Origin: Hydrurus foetidus
Lineage: Eukaryota
Reading direction: 5' to 3'
Assembly: GCA_900617105.1 (NCBI GenBank)
Contig: UYFQ01000001.1
Span: forward strand, 2,418,001-2,482,000
Length of the DNA: 64,000 nt
The notes under the pieces were generated by a model that saw nothing but the letters and a program-made list of their open reading frames with translations, had not been told where the DNA came from and ran no database searches. The position numbers were made by a program, and so were the translations under genes. Below, in pieces: positions 9,728-18,310 of the stretch; positions within the stretch are counted from its first letter, which is position 1; every line of letters starts with the position of its first letter.

Positions 9728-10354
9728 TCAAGGCTTGGCAGCAGCCGCCGCTTTAGGCGTCACATTCGGTTTGATGTTGCCGCAATCGGTACCTAACCAC
9801 TTACCCGAGCCGTCAATGGTGTTGGTTTGCGGCTTACCTTTGCCGTTGCCGTTGCCATTGCCATTGCCTTCGTCGGCGCTGCTGATTTTCATGTTCATGG
9901 TGTACGAGCTGTCGTTGGGGAAATTGAATTGCCCTTCCCCGGTGGACGACGGATTCGTACAAACGTACTTGAACTTCCTGCTGGTACTGGTTTTTTCAGT
10001 GGTGGTGCTGGTGCAATTGCCTTGTGTTTGAACCGGCAATTGGCTGCGCTCGACCATTTCTTTGGTGATGCAAGACTTCGCCGTTACCGCGCCTGGTGGG
10101 CCAGACAGGTTCAAGCCCTGCTTGCCCATCATGGCCTCCATTTGCTTGCGCTCGGCGGGCGACATGCTGGCCAGTTGCTTTTGAAGGTTGGCCATTGCCT
10201 TTTCCGTCTCAGGGCTGCCGCCCATTTTGCTGGTGACTTCCCACAAGCCGGGCTTGCTGGTTTGGGCGTGTGCGCAAACTGGCAGCAGGCTTGCTGCGCT
10301 TGCTGCGCTTGCTGCGCTTGCTGCGACCAGCGCCAGGGTTTTCAAAGCTTTCAT
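9728..10354 (-). CDS. DUF3617-like exported protein
   Basis: Signal peptide, KPGLWEV, paired Cys, GKWLGTDCG. Confidence 0.8.
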   Translation of the reverse strand: MKALKTLALVAASAASAASAASLLPVCAHAQTSKPGLWEVTSKMGGSPETEKAMANLQKQLASMSPAERKQMEAMMGKQGLNLSGPPGAVTAKSCITKEMVERSQLPVQTQGNCTSTTTEKTSTSRKFKYVCTNPSSTGEGQFNFPNDSSYTMNMKISSADEGNGNGNGNGKGKPQTNTIDGSGKWLGTDCGNIKPNVTPKAAAAAKP

Positions 10355-10472
10355 CACTGTCCTTTCAAGTTTTCTGGTCGAAGAACATCTTGGCCGATTA
10401 TTCAGCGCCGCCGCCGCAAACACAAGCAGAGCTCTAAACAGCCAAAACCAGGCCAAAATGGATATAAATAAT

Positions 10473-10521
10473 GCCTTTTGACCAGTAAATACGCGCGCAA
10501 AAAGCTATAAATTACATAGCG
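10473..10521 (-). repeat. Family-1 repeat, degenerate
   Basis: GCCTTTTGACCAGTAAATACGCGCGCAAAAAGCTATAAATTACATAGC. Confidence 0.7.
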
Positions 10522-10556
10522 CAAACCACCCTACTTACACCCCACTCACACCCCAC

Positions 10557-11759
10557 TCACACCCGCTCCAGCACAACCGCAATGCCCTGCCCCACGCCAA
10601 TACACATGGTGCACAGCGCGTAGCGGCCACCCGTTTTGTGCAGCTGATTGACTGCCGTTGTCGCCAAACGCGCACCCGATGCGCCCAGCGGGTGGCCAAG
10701 TGCAATCGCGCCGCCGTTGGGGTTGACCCGTTCATCATCATCTTGCAAGCCCAGCAGCCGCAGCACCGCCAGGCCTTGGGCAGCAAAGGCTTCATTCAGC
10801 TCAATCACATCCATTTGCGCCAGCGTTAAACCCGCCAGGGCCAGAACTTTTTGCGTAGCGGGCGCAGGGCCAATGCCCATGATGCGCGGCGCAACGCCCA
10901 CCGTGGCCATGCCCACAACGCGGGCGCGCGGCGTCAAGCCGTTTTTGGCAGCGGTGCTTTCGTCGGCCAGTAGCAAAGCGCAAGCGCCGTCATTAACGCC
11001 AGACGCATTGCCCGCTGTTACGCTACCGTCTGGCTTGACTGCGCCTTTGAGCTTGGCCAGTGCTTCAAGCGATGTTTCGCGCGGGTGCTCGTCTTTGCTG
11101 ACGACAAGCGCATCGCCCTTCTTTTGGGCAATCGTCACGGGCGTGATTTCAGCATCGAAATAGCCCGTTTTTTGAGCGGCCACAGCTTTAAGCTGGCTGG
11201 CAAGGGCCATCTTGTCCTGGTCTTCGCGGCTAATCTTGTACTCGGCCGCTACGTTTTCGGCTGTTTCAGGCATGGCATCTACGCCGTACTTTTCTTTCAT
11301 CAACTTGTTGACAAAGCGCCAGCCAATGGTGGTGTCGTACATTTGCGCCGCGCGGCTAAAAGCGCTTTCAGCCTTGCCCATCACAAAGGGCGCGCGGCTC
11401 ATGCTTTCGACCCCGCCTGCTATCATTATGCTAGCTTCACCGGCTTTAATGGCGCGGGCTGCCGTGCCAATCGCGTCTAAACCCGAGCCGCACAGGCGGT
11501 TAATCGTGGCACCGGGCAATTCCATGGGCAAACCGGCCAGCAGGCTGGCCATGTGCGCCACATTGCGGTTGTCTTCACCAGCCTGGTTCACGCAACCGTA
11601 AATCACGTCAGTCACGGCCAGCCAGTCCACATTTGGGTTGCGTGCCATCAGCGCCTTGAGCGGAATCGCGCCCAAGTCGTCAGTGCGCACACTGCTCAGC
11701 GCACCGCCGTAGCGACCAAAGGGCGTGCGAATCGCATCGCAGATAAAGGCGTGGTTCAT
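10557..11759 (-). CDS. pcaF: 3-oxoadipyl-CoA thiolase (PcaF/PaaJ)
   Basis: NQAGEDNRNVA, NRLCGSG, DTTIGWRFVN, GHPLGASG, CIGVGQG. Confidence 0.9.
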   Translation of the reverse strand: MNHAFICDAIRTPFGRYGGALSSVRTDDLGAIPLKALMARNPNVDWLAVTDVIYGCVNQAGEDNRNVAHMASLLAGLPMELPGATINRLCGSGLDAIGTAARAIKAGEASIMIAGGVESMSRAPFVMGKAESAFSRAAQMYDTTIGWRFVNKLMKEKYGVDAMPETAENVAAEYKISREDQDKMALASQLKAVAAQKTGYFDAEITPVTIAQKKGDALVVSKDEHPRETSLEALAKLKGAVKPDGSVTAGNASGVNDGACALLLADESTAAKNGLTPRARVVGMATVGVAPRIMGIGPAPATQKVLALAGLTLAQMDVIELNEAFAAQGLAVLRLLGLQDDDERVNPNGGAIALGHPLGASGARLATTAVNQLHKTGGRYALCTMCIGVGQGIAVVLERV

Positions 11760-11842
11760 TAAAGTCTCCTAGATTGACAGCTCATTATCAAAGACAGGAC
11801 GACATGGCTTTGCAGCGCAATAATTGGGGCTAGCGGATACTT

Positions 11843-11993
11843 CTAGAAATTCAGATTTTCGGGGTGAAGTGCAAGGCGCACGGAGCGCAGCACCTAGGGG
11901 CGCACTTGTGTGCCTGAGGACTGCGAGCACCGCCGAATGCCACGCGTTCGCTGACGCTCTGTGCAGCAATTCGCCCGAAAAATGAACTTATAG
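11843..11993 (+). repeat. ~150-bp palindromic MITE-like element
   Basis: Imperfect terminal inverted repeats TTCAGATTTTCGGGGTGAAGTGC / GCAATTCGCCCGAAAAATGAA in the pcaF-DUF1841 intergenic region. Confidence 0.55.
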
Positions 11994-12003
11994 AGGTATC
12001 CGA

Positions 12004-12438
12004 ATGTTCACGCCCTCCCAACAAGATGTTCGCCGATTTTTCTGCTCGGTGTATGCAAAGTCGCAGTCGCAAATGCCGATGGAAGCAATTGAAACGCTGG
12101 CCAGCCAATGGATAGCCGAGCACCCCGAATACCACGCGGATTTTGCCGATGCCGATGCCGCACTTGAGAAAATGTACGACCCCGAAGATGGCAAAACCAA
12201 TCCGTTTTTGCATCTGTCGATGCATTTGTCGATCAGTGAGCAATGCTCAATTGACCAGCCGGGCGGTATTCGGCAAGCGGTCGAGTTACTGTGCGCCAAG
12301 CGCGATTCGCTTCACGATGCGCACCATGAAACGATGGACTGCCTCGGGCAAATGGTGTGGGAAAGCCAACGCGCTGGCCGACCACCCGACGGTGCGGCGT
12401 ACATCGATTGTGTGCAGCGCCACGCTACGCGGGATTGA
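12004..12438 (+). CDS. DUF1841 family protein
   Basis: HPEYH, NPFLHLSMHLSISEQCSIDQP. Confidence 0.9.
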   Translation: MFTPSQQDVRRFFCSVYAKSQSQMPMEAIETLASQWIAEHPEYHADFADADAALEKMYDPEDGKTNPFLHLSMHLSISEQCSIDQPGGIRQAVELLCAKRDSLHDAHHETMDCLGQMVWESQRAGRPPDGAAYIDCVQRHATRD

Positions 12439-12453
12439 CCTTGTCGCGGGCGT

Positions 12454-12481
12454 AAAAAAACCGCTTTGCTAGCGGTTTTTT
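12454..12481. terminator. Bidirectional intrinsic terminator
   Basis: A7-CCGCT-loop-AGCGG-T6 between convergent genes. Confidence 0.85.
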
Positions 12482-12497
12482 GCTCTGTCAGGTCAGA

Positions 12498-13163
12498 TCA
12501 GCGAAATCTACTCTGCGGCACCGTTTTCACCTCACCATCAAGGGACGCCAGATAGTTGGCAATCAGCTTTAGTTCAGCGTTGGTGTACTGCTTGGCCATG
12601 CCGGCCATGATGGCGTTGTTGCGGCCTACCTTGGGGTTGTTTTGTACTTTGTACGACTTCAACGCCACCAATAAATAGTCGCCGTGCTGGCCAGCCAGCT
12701 TGGGGTACGACGGGTCGATGGGTTTGCTGTAGTTGGCGCCGTGGCAAGACGAGCAATTGGCCTTGGCCATCAGCGCCTGCACTTGCGCGCTTGCCTCTTT
12801 TGCTGGCTTTTCAGGCAAGGCCGCCACCGACACTACGCCGCTGGCGCTGTAATACGCGGCCAGGTCGGCAATGTCCTGGTCGGTCAGGGCCTCGGCAATG
12901 CCGCGCATGCTGGGGTGCTTGCGTTCGCCCTTTTTGTAAGCGTTCAGGGCCGACACAATGTACTTGGCACCTTGGCCAGAAATCATCGGCACCTTGTAAA
13001 CTTCTGGAAAGCTGGCCTGGTAGCCTTTGATGCCGTGGCAGCCCACGCACATGGCGTTTTTTGATTCGCCGGCCTTGGCATCGCCCTTGATGTCTTGAGC
13101 CGACGCGGTTGCCGTCACACAGGAGACAACCAGAGCGAAAATCGTGGATAACAGCTTGTTCAT
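12498..13163 (-). CDS. Di-heme cytochrome c4/c553
   Basis: Signal peptide; CVGCH and CSSCH heme motifs. Confidence 0.95.
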   Translation of the reverse strand: MNKLLSTIFALVVSCVTATASAQDIKGDAKAGESKNAMCVGCHGIKGYQASFPEVYKVPMISGQGAKYIVSALNAYKKGERKHPSMRGIAEALTDQDIADLAAYYSASGVVSVAALPEKPAKEASAQVQALMAKANCSSCHGANYSKPIDPSYPKLAGQHGDYLLVALKSYKVQNNPKVGRNNAIMAGMAKQYTNAELKLIANYLASLDGEVKTVPQSRFR

Positions 13164-13341
13164 TTTGCGCGGACAATCGAGATAAATTGGAGAATCACCG
13201 GAAGGAAGCAGGTGGAAATTTTTTCTTGCAAAATTTCGTTCTCTATTATATCTAGGCACACCTTGCGGCCACTTGACAAGCCAAGGCGTCGCCAGAAACT
13301 CAGCCAACAGGCTTTCACTTCGCTTTAATTCGACTAAAAGT

Positions 13342-14196
13342 ATGAAATTTCAAGGCTCTAAAAACTACGTTGCCACGCAAGACCTGATGTTGGCCGTCAA
13401 CGCCGCCGCCACACTTAAAAAACCCTTGCTGGTCAAAGGTGAGCCGGGAACCGGCAAAACCATGCTGGCCGAAGAAGTTGCCGAAGCTTTGGGCATGCCG
13501 CTGCTGCAGTGGCACATCAAGTCCACCACCAAGGCGCAGCAAGGTTTGTATGAATATGACGCGGTGTCGCGGCTGCGCGACTCGCAGTTGTCCACCGTCG
13601 ACGGCGGCGAGAAAGTAAAAGACATTCACAACTACATCGTCAAAGGCGTGTTGTGGCAGGCCTTCACGTCCGAAACACCTGTGGCACTGCTGATTGACGA
13701 AATTGACAAAGCCGACATTGAATTTCCGAACGACCTGCTGCGCGAAATCGACCGCATGGAATTTTATGTGTACGAAACGCGCGAGCTGATCAAAGCCAAG
13801 CACCGGCCACTGGTTTTTATCACGTCGAACAATGAAAAAGAATTGCCCGATGCATTTTTGCGCCGCTGCTTTTTTCACTACATCAAGTTCCCGGATGCGG
13901 ACACGATGCGGCAAATTGTGGATGTGCACTTTCCCACGCTTAAAAAAGAGCTGCTCGCGGCGGCCATGAAGACGTTTTACGAAGTGCGCAATTTGCCCGG
14001 CCTCAAGAAAAAACCATCGACCAGTGAGCTGCTCGACTGGCTTAAATTGTTGGTGGCCGAAGATATTTCACTTGAAACCCTGCAAAGCAAAGACGACAAG
14101 GTCAGCGTGCCGCCACTGGTGGGAGCGTTGCTTAAAAATGAGCAAGACGTGACACTTTTTGAAAAGCTGGTGTTCATGCAGCGCAACAACCGATAA
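13342..14196 (+). CDS. MoxR family AAA+ ATPase
   Basis: GEPGTGKT, LLIDEIDKAD, LPDAFLRRC. Confidence 0.95.
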   Translation: MKFQGSKNYVATQDLMLAVNAAATLKKPLLVKGEPGTGKTMLAEEVAEALGMPLLQWHIKSTTKAQQGLYEYDAVSRLRDSQLSTVDGGEKVKDIHNYIVKGVLWQAFTSETPVALLIDEIDKADIEFPNDLLREIDRMEFYVYETRELIKAKHRPLVFITSNNEKELPDAFLRRCFFHYIKFPDADTMRQIVDVHFPTLKKELLAAAMKTFYEVRNLPGLKKKPSTSELLDWLKLLVAEDISLETLQSKDDKVSVPPLVGALLKNEQDVTLFEKLVFMQRNNR

Positions 14197-14232
14197 CTGA
14201 TAACCGATAACCGGCAATTACAAAGAAAAATC

Positions 14233-14478
14233 ATGAATTCAAAATCATTGCTGGCGGACGGCTTTGCAGATGCGGTCGGCTTTATTGGCGGCTCGCTGAT
14301 TTCGTTTTGGCTAGGCCGACTTTTTGGGTTTGATATTTTTGATGCGGGCTACAGCAACACCACGATTGCCGGCATTGTGATGGTGGGCATCGGAGGCGGG
14401 CTAGGTCTGCAAATCGCCCGCCGCGTGCGTGGCCAACAGAAAGCCAAACAGGAAGCCCTCGAGAAAGAAGACCTTTAA
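14233..14478 (+). CDS. Small two-TM membrane protein
   Basis: Two hydrophobic segments; lies within the operon. Confidence 0.7.
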   Translation: MNSKSLLADGFADAVGFIGGSLISFWLGRLFGFDIFDAGYSNTTIAGIVMVGIGGGLGLQIARRVRGQQKAKQEALEKEDL

Positions 14479-14480
14479 CC

Positions 14481-15077
14481 ATGGCCTTTGTAAATCCCAT
14501 CACGCTTGAATCACGCGGTGTAAAGCTGCAACCGTTGGGGCTGGAACACGAAGACGGCCTGCGTGCCGCCGCCAAAGACGGCGAGCTGTGGAACCTGCGC
14601 GTAACGTCGGTGCCCGAGCCTGAAAACGTCGCAGCCTACATCCAAATTGCTTTAAAAATGCGCGAGGCTGGCGACCGCTTTGCCTTTGCCGTACTTGACG
14701 CGAACACGGGCGATGTGTTGGGCAGCAGCAGTTACCACGACATTTTGCCAGCCGTTAAACGCGTTGAAATTGGCTACACCTGGTACGCCGCGCGTTGCCA
14801 GCGCACCCACGTCAACTCCACCTGCAAGCTGCTGCTGATGACGCACGCGTTTGAAACGCTGGGCTGCAATGTAGTGGGTTGGCGCACAGACAATTTCAAC
14901 TTCGCCTCACAGCAGGCGATTGAACGGCTAGGCGCCCAAAAAGACGGCGTGCTTCGCGGCCACGCCATGCGCCGCGACGGCACCATCCGCGACACCGTGA
15001 TGTACAGCATGCGCACTGGGGAATGGCCAGAGGCCAAGGCGCAACTGCTGGCTGGTTTGCACAAAACACGCGCGTAA
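14481..15077 (+). CDS. GNAT (RimJ/RimL-type) N-acetyltransferase
   Basis: EIGYTW, SQQAIERLGAQKDG, RDTVMYS. Confidence 0.9.
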   Translation: MAFVNPITLESRGVKLQPLGLEHEDGLRAAAKDGELWNLRVTSVPEPENVAAYIQIALKMREAGDRFAFAVLDANTGDVLGSSSYHDILPAVKRVEIGYTWYAARCQRTHVNSTCKLLLMTHAFETLGCNVVGWRTDNFNFASQQAIERLGAQKDGVLRGHAMRRDGTIRDTVMYSMRTGEWPEAKAQLLAGLHKTRA

Positions 15078-15097
15078 TACTTGAGTGACATTTCGCC

Positions 15098-16342
15098 ATG
15101 CTGATTGACTTCTTCTACACCCTTCGTTCGGCCAAGCTGCCGGTGTCTGTCAAGGAATACCTGATGCTGCTCGAGGCGTTGCAGGCGGGTGTGGTGGGGC
15201 CGAACAGTGGGGCCCTTGAAGAAGACGGCGAGGTTGGCGAGGGCGAAAACAGTGAAACAGGCGCAGGCGCCTGGAAGATCGACGACTTTTATTACCTCAG
15301 CCGCACCATACTAGTCAAAGACGAAAAGCACTACGACAAGTTTGACCGCGCCTTTGCCGCCTACTTCAAGGGCGTGGAAATGGTGGCCGACTTCACCAAA
15401 GACATTCCGCTCGAATGGCTGCGCAAAAACCTTGAGCTTCAGCTAAGCCCCGAAGAAAAGGCGAAGGTTGAAAAAATGGGCTGGGACGAGCTGATGGAAA
15501 CGCTCAAAAAGCGTTTCGAAGAGCAAAAAGAGCGCCACGAGGGCGGTAGCAAAATGATTGGCACCGGCGGCACATCACCCTTCGGCGCGAACGGCTACAA
15601 CCCGCAAGGCATTCGCATCGGCCAAGAAAAAAGCCGCAACAAAAGCGCGGTCAAGGTGTGGGACCAGCGCGCCTACAAAGACTACGACGACACACAAGAG
15701 CTGGGCACGCGCAACATCAAAGTCGCGCTGCGCCGCCTGCGCAAGTTTGCGCGGCTGGGCAACGTGGAAGAGCTGGACTTGCCAGACACCATTCACTCCA
15801 CAGCCGCCAACGCGGGCTGGCTCGACATCAAGATGATCCCCGAGCGGCACAACAATGTGAAGGTGCTGCTGTTGATGGACGTGGGCGGCACGATGGACGA
15901 GCACATTGGCCGCGTTGAGGAGATGTTTTCAGCGGTTAAAACCGAGTTCAAACACCTGGAGTTTTATTACTTTCACAACTGCGTGTACGACTTCATGTGG
16001 AAGAACAACCGCCGCCGCTTCAGTGAAAAGTTTGCCACCTGGGACATCATTCGCAAATACAACAAAGACTACAAACTCATCTTTGTCGGCGACGCGACCA
16101 TGAGCCCGTATGAGATTTTGCAGCCCGGCGGCAGCGTGGAATACAACAACGAAGAAGCCGGTGCCGAGTGGATGCAGCGGCTGACCAACGCCTTCCCCAA
16201 GTTCGCGTGGATCAACCCCGAACCGCAAGGTGTATGGCAATACCGCCAATCGATCAGCGTCATTCAGCAGCTCGTCAACCAGCGCATGTACCCGCTGACG
16301 ATCAAGGGCCTGGAAGAGGCGATGCGCCTGCTGTCGAAATAG
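15098..16342 (+). CDS. VWA-domain protein (CoxE-like MoxR partner)
   Basis: IGTGGTSPFG, LLMDVGGTM, YFHNC, VGDATMSPYE. Confidence 0.9.
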   Translation: MLIDFFYTLRSAKLPVSVKEYLMLLEALQAGVVGPNSGALEEDGEVGEGENSETGAGAWKIDDFYYLSRTILVKDEKHYDKFDRAFAAYFKGVEMVADFTKDIPLEWLRKNLELQLSPEEKAKVEKMGWDELMETLKKRFEEQKERHEGGSKMIGTGGTSPFGANGYNPQGIRIGQEKSRNKSAVKVWDQRAYKDYDDTQELGTRNIKVALRRLRKFARLGNVEELDLPDTIHSTAANAGWLDIKMIPERHNNVKVLLLMDVGGTMDEHIGRVEEMFSAVKTEFKHLEFYYFHNCVYDFMWKNNRRRFSEKFATWDIIRKYNKDYKLIFVGDATMSPYEILQPGGSVEYNNEEAGAEWMQRLTNAFPKFAWINPEPQGVWQYRQSISVIQQLVNQRMYPLTIKGLEEAMRLLSK

Positions 16343-16350
16343 CCACCGCT

Positions 16351-16356
16351 TACAAT
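16351..16356 (+). promoter_or_regulatory. Probable -10 box of the host tRNA-Arg promoter
   Basis: TACAAT ending 15 nt before the tRNA 5' end. Confidence 0.5.
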
Positions 16357-16370
16357 CCGACGTTCAGCTT

Positions 16371-16409
16371 GCCGCCATAGTTCAACGGATAGAACGAGTG
16401 CCTCCTAAG
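16371..16409 (+). pseudogene. 5' half of host tRNA-Arg(CCT), disrupted by the integrated element (attL)
   Basis: GCCGCCA-TA-GTTC-AACGGATA-GAAC-G-AGTGC-CTCCTAA-G, then non-tRNA sequence; pairs with the 3' half at 23619-23663. Confidence 0.93.
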
Positions 16410-16561
16410 GGGCCACACGCTGTTTATTTAAAATACGATTCTCCTCTGTAAACGGGCTTCAAACAATGTCAGTGGATGCCAGTTTTTTGCAGAAATCCCA
16501 AATTAGCTTGGGATTTTTATGGGACGGGATAATGGGATGCAACGACCCTAATTTTTCTAAA

Positions 16562-16636
16562 CTCGCCGTCGTCTAATGGATCAGACGCATGCCTCCTAAG
16601 CGTGAAATACAGGTTCGATTCCTGTCGGCGGGACCA
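16562..16636 (+). tRNA. Complete tRNA-Arg(CCT) carried by the element
   Basis: Cloverleaf: acceptor CTCGCCG/CGGCGGG, D GTCT/AGAC, anticodon CATGC-CTCCTAA-GCGTG, T ACAGG-TTCGATT-CCTGT, 3' ACCA. Confidence 0.93.
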
Positions 16637-16650
16637 ACCAAAATCTGAGC

Positions 16651-17121
16651 ATGTCCTACGAAGACGCACTCGCAGACCTGAAAGCTGACTTCGGAAAAAA
16701 GAAGCTGCTCACGCCCGCCGAGATCGCGCCTTACATTTCCAAATCGCCATCGGCGCAAGCCTCGATGCGCACGCGTAAGCAGTTTCCCATCGCGAAGAAG
16801 GACATGGGTGGGCGCGTCGTTGTGTCGATCTATGCGTTGGCGAAATACATCGGCGAAGATGAAGGGCCGCTCGATGCTCCCGAACAAATCAGAGTGGGCA
16901 AGCCTGCCAAGCCGGTTGCCAAGACCGCAAAGGGCATCGACAAGACCAAACCATACCGACGCCCGCCATCGCTCGGGAAAACGCTCATAGCCCTGCGCAA
17001 TCGCGTCATTGATACAGCGCTGCAATTGCAATTCCAGCAGACCCTATTCGCCGAACTTGAAGCCATTGCGATGGATCGAGTCGCCGCACCCGGTCGCGCG
17101 AAAAAATCCAAGCCGGCCTAG
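16651..17121 (+). CDS. Excisionase/AlpA-like winged-HTH protein (probable recombination directionality factor)
   Basis: LLTPAEIAPYISKSPS...RKQFPI...GGRVVVSIYALAKYI pattern; basic protein; at the element end opposite int. Confidence 0.65.
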   Translation: MSYEDALADLKADFGKKKLLTPAEIAPYISKSPSAQASMRTRKQFPIAKKDMGGRVVVSIYALAKYIGEDEGPLDAPEQIRVGKPAKPVAKTAKGIDKTKPYRRPPSLGKTLIALRNRVIDTALQLQFQQTLFAELEAIAMDRVAAPGRAKKSKPA

Positions 17122-17248
17122 CGTTGGCGCGCCGCCCATTTTTTCTTCTTAATGCAAAAGCCCCGCTTTGCTGGCGCTGCATGAGTGTCTGCCGTGATAC
17201 ACGCATCACTGCTTATTCCCTGAACGCAACCGCCTCACCCCATCAGTA

Positions 17249-17460
17249 AGAAGGACCCCACGGGGGTCCTTCTCTCCGGCCCCTGTCGGGGCCGGTTCCG
17301 CTCCTACACCGGAGCGGGCACGGCTCGCCCTAAGGACTCTTAAAAAGTCCTTGGCACCATGCCCGCTGCGGTCTACACCATCTGCGGGGCGATGCACTTG
17401 CCAACTGGCATCGCTTCGGAGTTCAGAGCGTTTGGCGCTCCCTCGGGCCGGTCTCCTTCG
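17249..17460. other. Dense cluster of GC-rich hairpins (candidate single-strand origin or ssDNA promoter)
   Basis: Perfect stems at 17249-17273, 17276-17295, 17298-17317 and 17332-17352. Confidence 0.5.
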
Positions 17461-17684
17461 GCTTCGGTGCAGCTTCCCCGAGATACCATCCTGGCTGCTT
17501 GTGCCTGGTCCCCTGACCCTGGCAGGCTGGGGGATCGAGAACCTTGCGGTCGACGCGTGCCCAGCCCGCATCTGGTTTACCAAATCCCGCGCCAATAGCA
17601 AGGCCCCGCCCCTGACCCGTTGAATGGCTCTTGATCTGCTGGGCTGGCCGCGCCATCGTGAAGGCCTCACACCGGAGGCCTCCT

Positions 17685-18002
17685 ATGTCCGCAAGTCCCA
17701 TGCTGCAAGCCATCGACCTCGTGAGGGTCAATATCGACGCCATGACCCTGGAAGACCTCGAAGCCCATGCCGAGCAGGTGCTGGACGCGCTGGGCGGCTT
17801 GAATGAATACACCAACAGCCCTGCCCCAAAGAGTGGGAACGCCAAGCGCAACGCCCTGCATCAGGCCCGCAAGCTACGGCTGCATATGGCGCGGGTTCGT
17901 GATTTGATCAATGCCCGCAAGCTGGCGGCGGTGGTGGTCGCCACCATGCAGGCTGCTGGTTCGGCGAATTTGGCACCGGGTGCGCGGCACCCGGGCTGCT
18001 GA
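17685..18002 (+). CDS. Hypothetical helical protein
   Basis: GGAGG RBS before ATG 17685; 105 aa. Confidence 0.6.
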   Translation: MSASPMLQAIDLVRVNIDAMTLEDLEAHAEQVLDALGGLNEYTNSPAPKSGNAKRNALHQARKLRLHMARVRDLINARKLAAVVVATMQAAGSANLAPGARHPGC

Positions 18003-18226
18003 GATTTTGGATACCTCGCGCGCGTAATGCGCGCACGCGCGTGCGCGCGAGACCGCAGTATAGCCGGGCCTGACAGGATCGATTTCGATGCTGTGGCCCG
18101 GCGTGCCGGCGCGCCAGCAATGACGGGACGAACCTCCGAGCCGCAGGCCGGAGGCTGGTCCCGGCATGGCGCACCCTGTCTTGCTCCCCGCCCTTGCAGG
18201 GCGGGGCTGGGGGTGGGGCGAACAAA

Positions 18227-18255
18227 ACCGAGCTTGCTCGGTGTAGTGAGTAGAC
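18227..18255 (+). promoter_or_regulatory. MOBV-type oriT
   Basis: ACCGAGC-TT-GCTCGGT inverted repeat followed by TAGTGAGTAGAC, resembling the pMV158/pBBR1 nick region; ~55 nt upstream of the relaxase. Confidence 0.7.
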
Positions 18256-18310
18256 CGGACATCTGATGGCCGGGCGTGCAATCTCTGGCGGCGTGCGATA
18301 TGCATGAGGC

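Noticed and set aside
9838..10325. GN and ASA codon repeats in the DUF3617-like gene
   Set aside because: In-frame microsatellites (multiples of 3), so not phase-variable.
16407..16597. Group I intron in the tRNA-Arg(CCU) anticodon loop, as known from some proteobacteria
   Set aside because: No recognisable group I core and no terminal G before the 3' exon. The downstream tRNA has its own 5' half, and the spliced hybrid would have G-G and A-C acceptor mismatches.
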